Shown: positions 38,892-53,000 of the stretch, one piece after another
Layout: every line of letters starts with the position of its first letter
How positions within the stretch are numbered: the first letter of the stretch is position 1
Assembly: GCA_050084515.1 (NCBI GenBank)
Contig: CM114271.1
Coordinates: 806,001 to 870,000 of the forward strand
Direction of reading: 5' to 3'
Origin: Blasia pusilla
Taxonomy: Eukaryota
DNA: 64,000 bases
Translations under genes and position numbers: made by a program
Notes under the pieces: generated by a model
The model's input: the letters and a program-made list of their open reading frames with translations, nothing else
What the model was told of the DNA's origin: nothing
Database searches by the model: none

Positions 38892-40042
38892 GTCGTGAGA
38901 GAGGGAGGCAGGGGAGTAGGGGTCGAGCCCGGTCGACCGTGCTCAAGGCATTTGCCGCATTTGCAACCTTATGATGTTTTGCAGCAAATTCTGCTCTCTC
39001 CTCCCTGGCTACTCTCTCCCCGTGGCCGCATGACCCGCGTCTGGGCTTTCTCTTGCAGTCTGTGCTTTCTCTTGCAGCCCTGCTCGTCTGCTCGTCGTCG
39101 CCTTGGGCGCCTAGGGATCAAACTCATCGGAGCTTCAGCCTTCTCGTTAATCTCTCGGCATTGCGGCAAAGACAGACAAGCACCCTCATCGGCTCATCCT
39201 CATCGCGCTCTCTGTCTCAGACGCTGCCACAGTTCGGTGACCTTCAGTCCAGTCTGGTCCGGAAGCACAACTCACCCGACGCGAAAAGAGAATAAAGGCC
39301 TCACCGTACCTCTTCGGCATCCTCATCAGGGCTCGGACAGTAATTTTTAGAAGATTAGTTTTTTACATTTAGATCAAGGGAGTAGGGGTCGATTGTGCTA
39401 GAGGCATTTTATGAGTTGCAACTCATTTCGCTCTCTCTCCTCCTCGAATCTGAATGGTCGTGGCGCGATATTTGCTTACTCTCGCTTGTCTTGGGCGCCT
39501 TGTTGCTTGATTGCTCGTTCTTATTATGTTCGCTCAATCTTTGATTGCTCTCGCTGCTTTCGATCGCTAATTCACGCTGCTCCATGTTTGCAGATTGTAA
39601 AGCTTGCGACCACCGCACCGTGAGGTGTGAAAAAGTGGAAGAAATCGGACGAAATCGGCTGTCTCATCGACTTCGGGAGTTGGACAGCGAGTGTAACTCA
39701 CTCGAGTCTCGACGCTCATCCAAGCCTCATCCCTGCTATTAGGACTCAGGTTTTGGGACTCGGGGGAGAGAGTTGGGGAGACCCAAGACACACCTTGCAT
39801 TCTCCTCCTAATCGCCACTCGCTTATTTTCCTGTATTCTCTCAGGAGTTAGGGAGTTGGGGCCCGAGGGAGTAGGGGTCAGGGACTTGGGTTTTCGTTGC
39901 ACTCTTGTATCTCTCTCTCTCTCGCTCTTTGTTGAAGTTTTGGGAGCCTTTCATTGGTTTCAGAATTTCAGAAACCCTTGAAACCGTTTGAGCCTAAACC
40001 CTTTACAAAGGGTTTCAAAGTAGTGAACTCTCAAAGTTCCTT

Positions 40043-42305
40043 ATGGAGGATATTTCAGCCAACAATGCATGTAGGGGTAAGATACAAAAATCCCTTACTG
40101 ATATGGGGTTTATGAAGAGGACTGTTAGTGAACCAGCAGTAGAGACCAACTCATGTGAGGAGATAGATTCTCCTTCAGATCTTGCCTCTTCAAAGATAGA
40201 AGAGAACAACAGGCTTTGGAAAGACTCTTGGTATCAAGCTTTTGAATGGATTCAATTTGAGCCTCACACGGGGAGGGTATTCTATAAAGTGTGCAAGGAC
40301 TCAGGAGGGAAATCTGCATTTGCCACATCCGGAGCCATCAATGTGAAGATTTCTGCCTTCACAGACCATGGTAAATCCAAGGAACATAAAAAACTGGCTT
40401 GGGCTCAGTATAGTGGTAGAAAAACTCTCTGTAAAGCTATTGCAAGCACCAATAGAAAGCGTGATTTAGCGGTGCTTAATCTTTTTCGAGGAGCATACTT
40501 CATGGCTAAGTATAATATTGCATTTTCCTCATTCCCTGGTCTCTGTACATTACTCAAATCTGGATATATGATGCTCACAAAATCGATGTATCAGGATGAC
40601 AAGACATGTGCACATATGATAACATGTATTAGTTTGGTAATTCAAAGATTGCTTCTAGCTAGGGTTAGACTTAGTCCCTTTTACGGAATAATGGTAGATT
40701 AATCCACTGACATATCAGTAACAGGACACCTCGTTGCCTTTGTCACTTACCTTGATGAAGGTCAAGTGTGCACCTCCTTCTTAGGATTGATCAAGGTTGA
40801 GAACAAGGATGCCGAGTCCATTTCAGATTGTTTAGTATGCTTACTTAGGGAATGGGAATTGAATTTTGAGAAGATGGTTGGTTTTGGGTCTGATGGGGCC
40901 AACACTATGGTAGGTAGTAGGAATGGGGTAAGTGCGCGTTTGAAGAGGAATGTTAACCCTTACATGACAAGCGTCCATTGTGTGGCACACCGGACAAACT
41001 TAGCTGCTCTTGCAAAGCACAAGAAAGAGCCCAGGTGCAAGGAACTTAGTGATGAGGTTGATAACATTTTGAATTCTGTTGCATTTTATTTCAAGAAGAG
41101 TTCTAAGAGGAAGTCTGGTCTCTCTTCTCTACAAGAGGAGCTACACGATTCTAGGAAAGTCATGAAACGGTATCGGAAGGTCGATGGCTTAGCGGTGGCA
41201 AGCCGTTACCTCTTTATGTGATAGTTTAGAATCGGTCATGGTCTACTTCTCTCTTTGTGAATCGAGGGAAGATGATGGGGTAGCTTCACATCTTCTAAAG
41301 AGGTTAAAGTCCTTCAAAATGATTTACATTTTATACTTTCTCGGCCGACATCCTTAATTCTATGGCAATGTTGAGCAAGTTATTCGGATGAAGTTTGTTG
41401 ATATATCTAGCGTTGCTTCTATTGTTGATGAGATAGCACATGTTAGAATGAATTATGTACATGAAAGTGTAGATATGAATGCCTATCTCATTTCTCAATC
41501 TAGGTTTTCATCTCCTTCCGAACTATGGTCCTAGTGATGGATATCTCAGCGCTTGCAATCAGAGATAAGGGTTCTTTCTTTCATTCAATCCAAATGGATA
41601 GGGATGTGACAGAAAGGATTTAGAAGAAGCTTTTTTTTTTCCGGAGGAATTTTCTTTGAGGCCATATGTGTAGCTTTGCAAGAAAGGTTTGAAGACAATA
41701 ACATCATTGGAGGTTTTAAGATCCTCAATCCATCCCAAATGCCTTCTACCATATCTAGTTTAAGAGATTGGGGTGTGAGAGACTTGGAAATGTTGAGCTC
41801 TTTCTATGGGAGGAAAAAACCTTGCATGGCGGGGTGAAAAAGCCTATTCTAGATGGTGCACCCTCAAGAATGAATTCTTGGCCTTCAAGATTCAAAGCCA
41901 TGATGAGAATGGAAGGAGAAGTCCTTCAAGGACTTATGGTGTATGGTAAGTGGTAGTCCGATCGTGAAGGCTAAGTATGCTAATCTCTGTATTTTAGGTG
42001 ATATAGCTAGAGTCCAATGTGTATCAACAACATCATGTGAGAGAGCTTTTAGCATTCAGAATGTCATTAAGAATAGGTTAAGAAATAGCTTAACCTCTTA
42101 TCACTTGGAAGCTTTGCTGAGGGTTAACATGGAGGGTCCAAAGGAGAATTTTGATGTGGATAAGGTCCTCATTTCTGCTATGGACACATGGAAACAATCA
42201 AAGGAATACAGATTTGTATATGCTAATCCAGAGTTGTACATTGTTCCTCCCGTTGAACTTGAAGCTGCTGAGGAAGGTGAGCTTAATCCTGACCTTTCAT
42301 CCTAG
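40043..42305 (+). pseudogene. hAT transposase (ZNF862/DUF4371-like), disrupted
   Basis: N-terminal Zn-finger-like region (WYQAFEWI..CK..H..SKEH), IMVD*STDIS, FGSDGANTMVG, HCVAHRTNLA and C-terminal dimerisation motif STTSCERAFS..KNRLRNSL. Stops and frameshifts present. Confidence 0.92.
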
Positions 42306-42413
42306 TTTCTCTATGACTTCATTTCATTTTGCAAATGCTTTTACTAGTTATTTATTTTCTGTAGTCAAACCCCTCCTACAAAGAAAGTTCATTTTATGAA
42401 TACTCCTTGTAGG

Positions 42414-42604
42414 AAGGGTTCTTAGCACCTCTGGCCCCCAACTGGTAGGGGGAATTCTGGTTCAACTCCAGCCAGAGGTAATGAGGAGGTGAGCTGGAAG
42501 GCTAAGAAGGGTTCTTAGCACCTCTGGCCCCCAATTGGGAGGGGGAATTCTGGTTCAACTCCAGCCAGAGGTAAAAAAATGAGGAGGTGAGCTGAGAAGG
42601 CTAA
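42414..42604 (+). repeat. Tandem duplication of about 92 bp in the hAT 3' subterminal region
   Basis: AAGGGTTCTTAGCACCTCTGGCCCCCAA...GGTGAGCTG occurs twice. Confidence 0.9.
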
Positions 42605-43920
42605 TAACCAGAACTAGACTGAAAGGTAGAAAATCTGACAGCAAAAAACTGGCATGCCATTTCCAAGCCCATAGAAAAACTGGTGATTCAAATTACATGC
42701 AAGAAATAGCCTGAGAAGGGAAAAAATCTTGGGCAAAAACCTGACAAGGTAAAAACTTTTAGGGGGTTGGCTGGGGCATATTTCAGAAAACCTAAATGAT
42801 TCAAATAGTCCCGGTAAAAAACTGACATACTAAAAATAACTGTCCTCATGACCTTGGAACTCAAGAACTTCTTAAATCTCCCTTCTATGATTTATTTTAT
42901 TCTTATTCTATTCACCTCCTCAATAAAGATTCAAAGATTGTACTTTAATCTTATTCCCTTATTCCAATTCTATTAACCCTCCCATTAAGATTCAAAGAAA
43001 CGGATCTCAAGACAATACCGTACGATCAACACTGTGAGAACTCAAAGTGTGTTACAGTTACACTGTGGAACCGAACCGAAGCCGAACGCAAAGATATGGA
43101 CGGACAAACTGGAGGTGACTGAACTTGACAGAGTGAGAAAATACTCTGACAGTACTCACTATTTAAGAGTACAGTACGAAACAGTACAGTTCTGAACTGG
43201 ACTGAATTGAAGTGAACTGCGAAGTTCAAACTGCAGTTTTCCGGTTGAACGACTGACAGACAAACGAAATAACTGCAGCTCTAGTTTGTCTCCTAAGAAG
43301 CGATCGCAAAAGCAAAAGCGAAAATCGCGTTCTCCTTTTGAATGGCGATCACCGACCAAGTGGTTCCCGGAAGGTGATAGCCGTGATCTTCAGGTGGAGA
43401 AGAGGGTCCGAGTTAGACTTAACCACATGCCATGGTCACAAACAAACTCTCCATCCCCGTTATCAAACTTCACTCTCTCACTCTTCCCACACTCTTTTAA
43501 GGGTGTATTAGGGCGTTTCAAATTTGTGTCCGCAGGTTTGGACGTCTTGTCCTTATTTTTACTTATGGTTTTACGGCTGGTCAGGTGCGGGGTGCCGAAA
43601 GAGGTAGACGTTTGCCTCTTACGGCCATACGTAGAGACATGTTCCCCCACTTTTTACTTCATATCATGAGAAAAATATGGAACGTGATAAAATGAGATAC
43701 CCTATGGCGTAAAGGAGTACCGCCCTTCTTTTACAGTCAATATCCTAAGATTAATTAAAGTCAATTAATGCATCATGTGTACATTAATTGGAGGATACAA
43801 TTTTTTGAAGTTGCTCTTGTGTTGATGCAGTTTGACACGTTTCACTAAACTTCCCTCAAAATTATTTTTGTCACTTAGCAGGGTATGAAAATTGGTGAAG
43901 AGAGTGAAGTTATTAATGAG

Positions 43921-43959
43921 GGGCCGTGCATCACAGGGTCCTTTGCGGGTCCTAACTAG
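43921..43959 (+). mobile_element. Helitron 3' terminus
   Basis: CCGTGCATCACAGG hairpin followed by GGGTCCTAACTAG|T, the same end as at 24446. Confidence 0.65.
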
Positions 43960-46019
43960 TACAACATATGCCTACAGAAAATAGATGCAATACTTTTAAG
44001 TTGTCTTGGTTGATAGCAAGAACTAATTGACCTTTCCAATTTCTTGGGAACCATGGGGGTTGGGACCTTCATGAGACTTTCAAAGCCTTAAGGATATGGT
44101 CACCTTGAATGTAATGACGTAATGCTACTAGCTTTAGGTTGGAAAAGATGCTTTCTCAAATCGACAAAAAAGGGTTTTTTATTCCAACTTTTTTCTCTCA
44201 AGAGTTTGCAAAAAATTTCCACCCATAAAGAAAATACGAGGTCTCAATAAAAAGTGGGTGATGGAAAACCAATCTGGAATACAAAAAAAGGGGGGAGGGA
44301 CTTAAAGAGTCTAGTCCGTGAAGGCCAAAACCGGCCCAGAATTAGCAAAAGGGGGCATCCCCTTATCAGATAAACTCACCAACTCTTGCATCCCTATAAA
44401 AGGGATGCATGAGTTTTAAGTTATCCTTGCACTTGGCTAATAATGGGAATAAGGGCGGGAACCACTCTAACTTGCTATTTTCTTGGGAACCCTAAGGGTT
44501 GTGATCTCCACAAAGCCTTGAGGACATAGTCACTTTGAATGTGAAGGCACGACACTCCTAATGTTAACTTGGAAAAGAAACTTTCTAAATCTGCAAGCCT
44601 ACATATTTTTATTTCGAACTTTCTTTATCAAGAGTTTGTGAGTAGGAGAATGTTGTGGCAATTGAGATGAAAATTAATAAATTATGCCCATGTCAATGGG
44701 ATAGTAAATTTTGTAACTTTTACACACTCACCTCTACGAGCATGGAGAATTCCTTCACTCCTACGCAAAAGGCTATCCCTCAATTATCACTTTCTACTAT
44801 TTAATGGAACATATTGATAGCATTAATGTAGATTTCCCATATTTTCTTATTCTAATAGCATGCAAATAATACAACTATAATCTTCTATTATATAGTGTAA
44901 TTTTATATTTATATTATTATTGTAGAGATTTTCTTTGATTCTCAAACATTCTTCTTCTTGACACTTGGCCCTTCCAATCAATAGGATCGTTTGATCTCTC
45001 GACTAATAAAATCATTCAAATTGGAATTAAGAAGAGAATAAAAATTTTTGAGGGTTAATTAAATTATTAGTCATAGGGTACTTTAAATTATCCCAGGCAT
45101 CATATGGGCATCCACTAATATTATTGATAAGGATACATGATTTTTTTATTTGAAATTTGTAAATGGACAATAAGAAGATGCTCAAAATATGCACCAATTT
45201 CTTTCATAAGTGGTTTAACTATTAATTAATAATTGACATCTATGCGATGCCCATGTTAATTATGGGTAGTTAAATTATCCATCATTATTGTAAAAGTGTG
45301 ACTAATGACGTAATCAACCCCTAAAATTGTTAACCGACCTCTTAAATCCAACTTGATTTTTTACCACCTCTTTATTTGACACTTGGGATGAAGAGGTGGT
45401 CAAAAGGCAAGAGGGAATTCTCCCATAATAATATAGATAGTACATACACTCCCATTTTCATTATTAACAATACATCATTTTTTGATATGTAAAATCTCTT
45501 TTTCTTGATATATATAACAATGAGGCAATAAGAAAATATTTTCACAACACAAGAAATAGGAAAATATTTTTATGAGTAATATGATTATTAACTTTGTGCA
45601 TAGTCTAGACTCTACACTAGTAATTTTAGGAGGGAGAAGCCTCATTTCTTCTCTCCAGTAATTTAAGATACGTGGTCCTATACATTGCCCATTCGAAAAT
45701 CATTCTTAAAATGAAAATAAAATTTATTTTCCAATGACAAAGAAAGACTGATTTTGCATCAATGTAATGTAATTTTTCTGTGATGAAATATCTCTATCAA
45801 TAATATGGATAATTCAACCAACAATTAATCAAACTAGCCACAAGTTCATATAACTCGTCCAATAATGATGCACATGGAAGATCCTTGACAGTGAGTGTTT
45901 CACAACATACACATTGTCATCAACTATAAGCACAAATGCAAAAGATATCATACTCACTCATGGCATTTGAACATTGAAACCATAGTGTACCAAAATATCT
46001 CCAATAAATCAAGATTACT

Positions 46020-46841
46020 CGAAATTCTCTCACAAACTCTATCTCTCTCTCATGTCAATTTTCAAACTAAACCCACACTCTTAATGAGAGGCTTGGATTA
46101 CTCATAAGGCAAGGAGGACCATAGCTCCAGCGCCTCATACTAACATATTCAACAAAGAGAGAAAGAGCCTCAAAGCTCCCTCTCTTTGGGTATACTCCCT
46201 TCCCTCTAAGCCTCTCCCAAGCTCTCTCCATGGTAACACTCGCGGATTACCTCCTTTGCTCTTGACATATTATAGAGGTTCAAGGGCCACTTCCCAAAGT
46301 AGAAAATCAACAAGGTTGCATGTGGACAAAGTTTGTGTCTACGGACACATCCACGTCCGTGGACTTATGTCCATCCTATGGAAGGACTTGTCCATATGGG
46401 CAACATCTTTCCCTTCTTTATCATCCCCCCTATTTGCCTCTATGTTCCGTACTTTCTCATTTCTTCCTTCCTCCACCTCCATTACCTCCCCTTTTATTGT
46501 CGCGCCCGCCCCTACCTTGCCTTCCACCACGTACTATAAGTATGGGCCCCATCCCTTGCAATGCATGTCCACACTTTTGCGTCCATATCTGCCCAAGGGA
46601 CGGAGTTGTCATTTTTTGTGCAACCATGAAAGTCAACTCTACTTAAAATATAAACTTACGTGAAGTAATAAGTTTCTCTATATAGCTTCAAATGAGCCAC
46701 GACGAAGGGAAAACTGGCTCTTTGAGGTTACCCAAAGCCTTAGCATGTCATCCTTGAATCCTCAACCTCCTAAGGCTGTGCGCCAATCTCCTTGAAAATG
46801 CTCTACCAAAACTCGTTGATCTATCCTAAAAGGAGGGACAA
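46020..46841 (-). repeat. Diverged LTR fragment of the DNMT-Gypsy family, interrupted by a MITE
   Basis: Colinear with about 5710-6176 and ends in GATCTATCCTAAAAGGAGGGACA. Confidence 0.85.
46311..46628 (+). mobile_element. hAT-type MITE (318 bp) inserted in the LTR fragment
   Basis: TIR CAAGGTTGCA...TGCAACCATG; 8-bp TSD AAAATCAA/AAAGTCAA. The LTR at about 5972 shows the empty-site equivalent. Confidence 0.85.
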
Positions 46842-49800
46842 CATTGATCCGAAAGTTTATTCTAAACTAACTCATAAACTCAAGGGTGTGTATACATTCC
46901 GAGACTCAAAAACTAGGCATTTAATATGACTTCAACCGTACTTGAAATGTTGATTCTAGGAAATTTGTATCCACCTCATAGTGGACTTGCACTATATGCA
47001 ACCCAATTAGTACTTGCAATTAGCTCATAAAATGCAGTTCCATTTTCAAATTAGTTAAGGGTCCAAAATTTTTCAATTTCCAACCGAATGCATAATACAC
47101 TCAAGGCCTTTCAATCCTCTTCTTTGGGTGGGGGAAGGGGATATTTTCTTGCAAGAATCTAAAAAATTGATGAGAAAATTTTAATGTAAAAATCATATAC
47201 AAAAAATGGATGTATATGATATTTACCTTGTGTTAATGTACGCATCAACATGTGTGTATCTAAGGGACCTAGCAAGTTATTCTGCTTATATCTCATTCTC
47301 CATTCACTCCATGAAGATGTCATCTATCCACCACTTCAAGAAAATGCATGACTTGAGAAGGAAGGATTGAATCCATGACTAACTAATATGAGCATAAAGG
47401 AATAGCATGAGCCATTGTAGAGTCTTGAATAGGTTGGATGGGAGCACTTGATGGAGAATTAGATATACATAGCCATGGTCGATGAAGGCAATTGATCCAT
47501 TGTATCTTTGCAAGTTCCTTGTGGTTGCGACCATCAATTTGACCCTTAGAGTGATCATATTGGTAGTATTAGCCACCAGTAACATGTCATGTCACAACTA
47601 CTCTTCTCGTGGGAGTGCTATCTCACACAATTGTTCATCTTATCATCCTCAAAAGATGTCGTGCACGTACTTTCTTGAATTTCGATTTTTTGTGTCACAG
47701 AAGCTTGCGTTCATAAAGTCACAATCTCCTTGCTGGTCTATACCCATACATACTCATGTTAGCCACAATTTGGATCAATAAGCCTTATGTCTCTTGAGTC
47801 TGGGTTTCAGATCACCCTTCAAGCTCTAGGATCTTAATCATGATCAAATATCGACTTAACCCCTAACTCCCCAATATAGGCAAGTTATTCAAAACTTGGG
47901 ATACACTTTCTTTACATCCTAGGAAATGACATTGGTGAGTTTAGGAATCCCAATAGCCCCATAGAACTTGAACAGGTCTCTAACCGATGCTCAAAAGATC
48001 TACCCTCAATCAAAATCCAAGATTAGGATCCAAAATGGGGCTACCTAGATTTGACTTGGTGTCGAATTCCCAAAATGAACCTCATATTCCGTTTCGTGTT
48101 TTTGGTTCAACCCCACGTATTGCCCACAAATTTTAGGCATGTTTCCAGATTTTTTATTTGTTCATTTGTTAGGATATTTTGTGCATTGGAAGCAAATCAT
48201 GACAGACTTTTTTTTCTAACTCTACCTTAACCAATTTATCACGAATGCATCTTAGAACTAGTTGCCATCACCTTAACTTTAAGCATGGGGAATCACATAT
48301 AAAGATGTGGTTGATAACACCAAGTTAGATTCCTCTCTCCTTAGAATCCAGCTATTGTACGACTTGAAGGCTTCTCAAATTAAACCCAGTATTGGATTAT
48401 ATTTCTTTTCAGGTCTAGAGCCCATTAAGGCTTGCGTCTCAATTCATCCTTCAAATATTATTGACTTTAGAAACATTATACCACTATTTTGCACAACTTA
48501 TAACAATGGATATCATGATATATCATAAAGAAATGTTCAAAGTACGAAAGAAAATAGATTGCAATGCACACAATAGATAGGCAAGAACCCCATTCCTGTA
48601 TATACTATGCCATCATCATGGGTTACTACAACAAACAACAGTTGTTTAGCTTAGATTTGGATTAGTGTGCCAATTCAGTTTGGAAATAGTTGAGACTTTT
48701 CTTTCTTATTGAGTTTTTTCTCACTTTTTGAGTGATGGGCTTTTCAATTTCATGCTGGAAGCTCCGCATGCCACTTGGGGAACCCATGAGGAAGTGACGA
48801 GCATATGAGGGCCAGATTCTTTGCCATTTTTTTTTCTGTATTTGGTTTCATAGTTTGAGGCTGATTTTGCTTTGATGATATCAAGATCCCACAACTAAAA
48901 GGACTTTTTTTTTCCAGCGACTTGCAATAGAAATAGTTACAATCAAGTGCAGAACAAAGTTTCAATTGATGGACCATTCTCTTAAGAGCCCCATTTGTTA
49001 GTTTAACTTCTCAATTACAATCTCAAATATGGAGCTTCATCCATGCAATCCAAAATTTCACATATGGAGCTTCATTCGTGCAATCCAAATGTGGAGTGGA
49101 CCTTGCATTGGAGAACTTGTGTCATCTTCGCTGGGTGGGCAGCATTCAGTGATCACTGCTCATTGGCCCCATAGCATTTCAGAACCAATTGTGTAGTCTT
49201 GTGCACCTGGAGTACCAGGTACGTCACTGAAAATAAGTTGGGAAGAGAGCAAGATGAGTATGATCATGTTCAAAGAAATCCTCTTCGTTCACTTTCTAAA
49301 GTACAACATCTGGGCCCAACAACTCTGGCTGTTACATTGGTGTTTGAAACACCAGATCATACTCTTTGAGCTCTGCATTGAACATGCCTTCTGGAGATGA
49401 TGGTTGCAGTTACTTGCAATATTGCCATCTGCAAAAACCAGACAGAGTGGCTCACTTTTCCATATCACAGCACTACAATCCTATAAGAACAGTACATATA
49501 TGTGCTTCTTTGAATCCAGCATGAGAAGAATGAACCTACTCTTTTAGGCTGTACGTAGTAATCGTCGCACTCGCCAGTAGGGGGTGTTGTCTTTCTGGCC
49601 GAGAAAGTTTGAACTTCCTATGATGTCTTAGGGCCCACTGTGTTGCCAGGACAGTAAGGGGTTGTGAGATAATACAAGCCCAACAGTAATGGGTTTGGCG
49701 ATGAGAAACCATCCTCGTGCCACAAAATAACAGGGAAATTGAGTTATCCAGCGGAAAACTCGCCAGTTTAATAACGACTGCTGACATCAACTGCAGAGCT

Positions 49801-50061
49801 CAAAAAGGCTGAGCCACATGCACTCCCAAGCAGGAATCCATATAGATATCAGCTTCCTTACGAAGCATGTTCCCCAGTGTGGTTCTCCATAATCGAATCG
49901 AGCAGTTGCACTGATCAAGAGAAAAGAGACAGCTACAGAGCAGAAAATATAAGGGGTCCAGGTGTTAAATGTCGCTTATACGAACACGATAACAGCAATT
50001 AGTCTTGTTGAGGCTCCATGATTTTCCTACCATGTTGTGATAATTCAACTGCAGTGTATTA

Positions 50062-53000
50062 TCAGACCGTTGATGTTGGTGTACATGGTAGACCTAGATT
50101 AATCATCTGCTTCTTGGCCCTGTCCTTAGCTATCTTCTCTGCCCTGCCTTTGATGTCAGCTGCTATCACATCTGCACGTTTCTCGTCATGCATGTTGACC
50201 AATCGCATAAATTTTTTGGGTCTCAAGCTGCTTCCCATGCTCTCCTCTATCTGCTTCAAGACTGGTACCATGTCCACACGCATCCAAGCCCCTTCATAAA
50301 GCACCATAGAATTCAGCTCTGGTAAACTTGATCTGTCTTCCAGCTCTAAGTCCAAACACTTGGGTGAATCTTTCAGCCACATGCCAAGAGAATGTCCTTT
50401 CGCAATTAATACTCCCGCACGAGTCTTTGATACCAGAAATGGAGAGCCCATTTCCCATAAGTGCGACTTCAATGTCTTACTCAAGGAAAGATCATTACTC
50501 CGTTTACTGCTCCCAACTATCAGAAGGACAGATTTTGACGATAGCGGTGAGCCTTGCAAGGCTGCTTCCTGGCACATCGCAAGAATCAAGCAGAATTGAG
50601 AGTTCTAACAACTATCATGCTTCAAAGATCAACAGTTAGCAACCTTTCGAATGTATGTAGTTCCCAGCATGTTCATTGGATAACTGGAGATATCATCGAG
50701 CGTGGTTTCAGCAAGAATTAAATTATCCATCTTACATTGAGGCTTGGTTAGTTGTGCCAACCTTACGTAAAACTCTGACATTAATCAAAACGTGTTTGGT
50801 ACAAGATGATTTACAGTCATAAGCACATGATTGGCAAGTAATGGTGAGCGTTCATGAATTAAGAGTTCAAATTCAAGACCTTGACCAGAGAAAAGGGGGT
50901 GAGATCACAATGTCAAGTCCGGACCTGCATTTGTATGAGCCATAGAGTCAGTGCCACAAGAGCAGCTCCTGGAGAAAGCTTGCAAAGATCAGCCTCCCAA
51001 TCACCTTCTTGCACCCTGCGACATTCATGAAGCTAGTTATTTACGCCTCAATCAAGTACTTCTTCAGAGCTTTGATTGTGGGCGAAGTGGACAACATAGG
51101 CCCACAGTTCGAAAAGAAACATCCATGTGACCTTGGAGATGAGCCCTGAGACTATAAAACTCCTGAATAAATGGGAATTTGTCTTGCTCATCCTACTTCC
51201 TCCAGTGTGGAACGGTCAGATATCTCACTGTAACCATCAGGCCAGAGTTTGGGGTGTACAGCCGTGTCAGACGGTTAGAGATTGTCATCATAGGCAGTCT
51301 AGACTTTTATACCCTGTAGAGGAATATAGCCTATCCTTTTTCTTAATGTTTGTCAGAAGTGCCAAATGGAGACCAGGCCTGTGCATATTCTAAGATCTTG
51401 CCAGCAGCGCACTTATATTTCTTTCTGTGCAGTAGCCGCTTGAAGGCATTCTTCATCAACTAGGTGTGTATAGAACTTGGTCTGCCCAGCAATTTGGTGC
51501 TTTTATAAGCAGGGTTGTGAGATGTTAGAGCAACATATTTGTCCTAGATACTGAGAACGGATGGAAATTTCTGCAGTAAACATGTATGAAATGTCACTCA
51601 GTTGCCTATTTAGATCTCCTGATTTCCCTAGCAGGGATGTGTAGAGCCAATTCACTCAAGGATTGTTTTCTCTTCCACTAGGAGGAACATATTTTTGAGT
51701 ATACTGGGTCGTCATCAGATTGATGGACTGGTGTGACTCACATCGAAGACCAGGCTTGTGAGCCTATGGGCTTCACTGGTGAAGTAGTCCAGCCCTGATT
51801 CGGAAGTTACCTTGTTGGATTTGGAATATCCCTTGCCTAAAGCCAAGCAGGATGAGATATCCTCTAGTCAAGGAATACAAGATTGAACTAGACTTCTCCG
51901 AGTCAGGAAGGGGGAGTTTAAGAGTTTTAGTGTGAAATAAAAAATTCTGAAGTGACCAGTATGGATATGCTTGGTGACAGTTGTGTGAAACTGATTTGTT
52001 GATATTAGCTTCAATTAGGACATCATTCAATGTGGTGACTCCTGAGGAATCATCTCCTGCAACTGAGACTGCGTGGATTGTTGGGTGAGATAAGTGCCAA
52101 AGCCTCAGTCCCTGGCACAGAAAGTGCACTTACATAGAGTGAAAGCACACCTATTCTTGGTGTACAGGTGTATGCAATGAAAGCTTGAGTATGATTGCTG
52201 ATGGTCCTCATCACCAGGTATGTGCCCAACCCATGTAACTCTTTTTATCACTTCGAATGAATATTCCTGAGTTCCCATGTGTGACTCCTATGTACTTGGC
52301 CTGAACTGCTAATCGGTTTAATTTACAGACTAATCTTTTTTTTGAAGAGCACCAATCAACCAAGAACTGAATGGCCACTAGTGTGTGACAATGATCTGGC
52401 CAACTCACCTTTCCAGATATGGAATCAGTAGGCGTACCTGGTAAATTCCCGGCCATAACTGTTCTTCTCAACCGCCAGTTGAAATATACGTGCTGCTGTA
52501 GCTCGTTTCTCAAATGCCCATAGAAGATCCTGAAGAACATTCAAAAGGCCAGATCCTGCTCCAGAACCGTACGCTTGTAAGCTCTCAAGTAGGCGATCCA
52601 CTTCCACCAGTAGAGAACTACTCCTCTCTGTCAACAGTCTGAGTATTTCAAGTTCGATGCACATGGTCAGGATTACTGAGAGGTTTGTTGTACCTAATGC
52701 ATTGTAAATATGATGATTGTAAATGCTTCAGACACCTAAACTATTATATAAGGAAAGAGGGGTTTGCCAAAACCCCTCCTTGGTATACTAAAACATTATA
52801 TGCTTGGTTGAACTTCTCTTTCTAATAATCACAGTTGCACTGTTCGGAGTTGAATTATGAACCACTTTAATCAGATGACAAGTCTCACAATCTCACTAGT
52901 GAGGTTGAACAACCAGAATTCACCAGAATTTACTCATCAATGATGAACTCATTTTCCGTCAGACTATCTTCAATTGAATCCTTGTTTTACCCATTTCAAA

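Larger units (their letters stand above)
39327..42845 (+). mobile_element. hAT DNA transposon (decayed autonomous-type copy)
   Basis: Left TIR CAGGGCTCGGACAGTAATTTTTAG; right TIR remnant CTAAAAATAACTGTCC. The left flank ATCCTCAT is echoed by TCCTCAT at the right end. Contains an internal transposase. Confidence 0.8.

Noticed and set aside
38526-39350. 274-aa ORF with an internal repeat
   Set aside because: It is a by-product of a GC-rich duplication crossing a TIR boundary and has no domain features.
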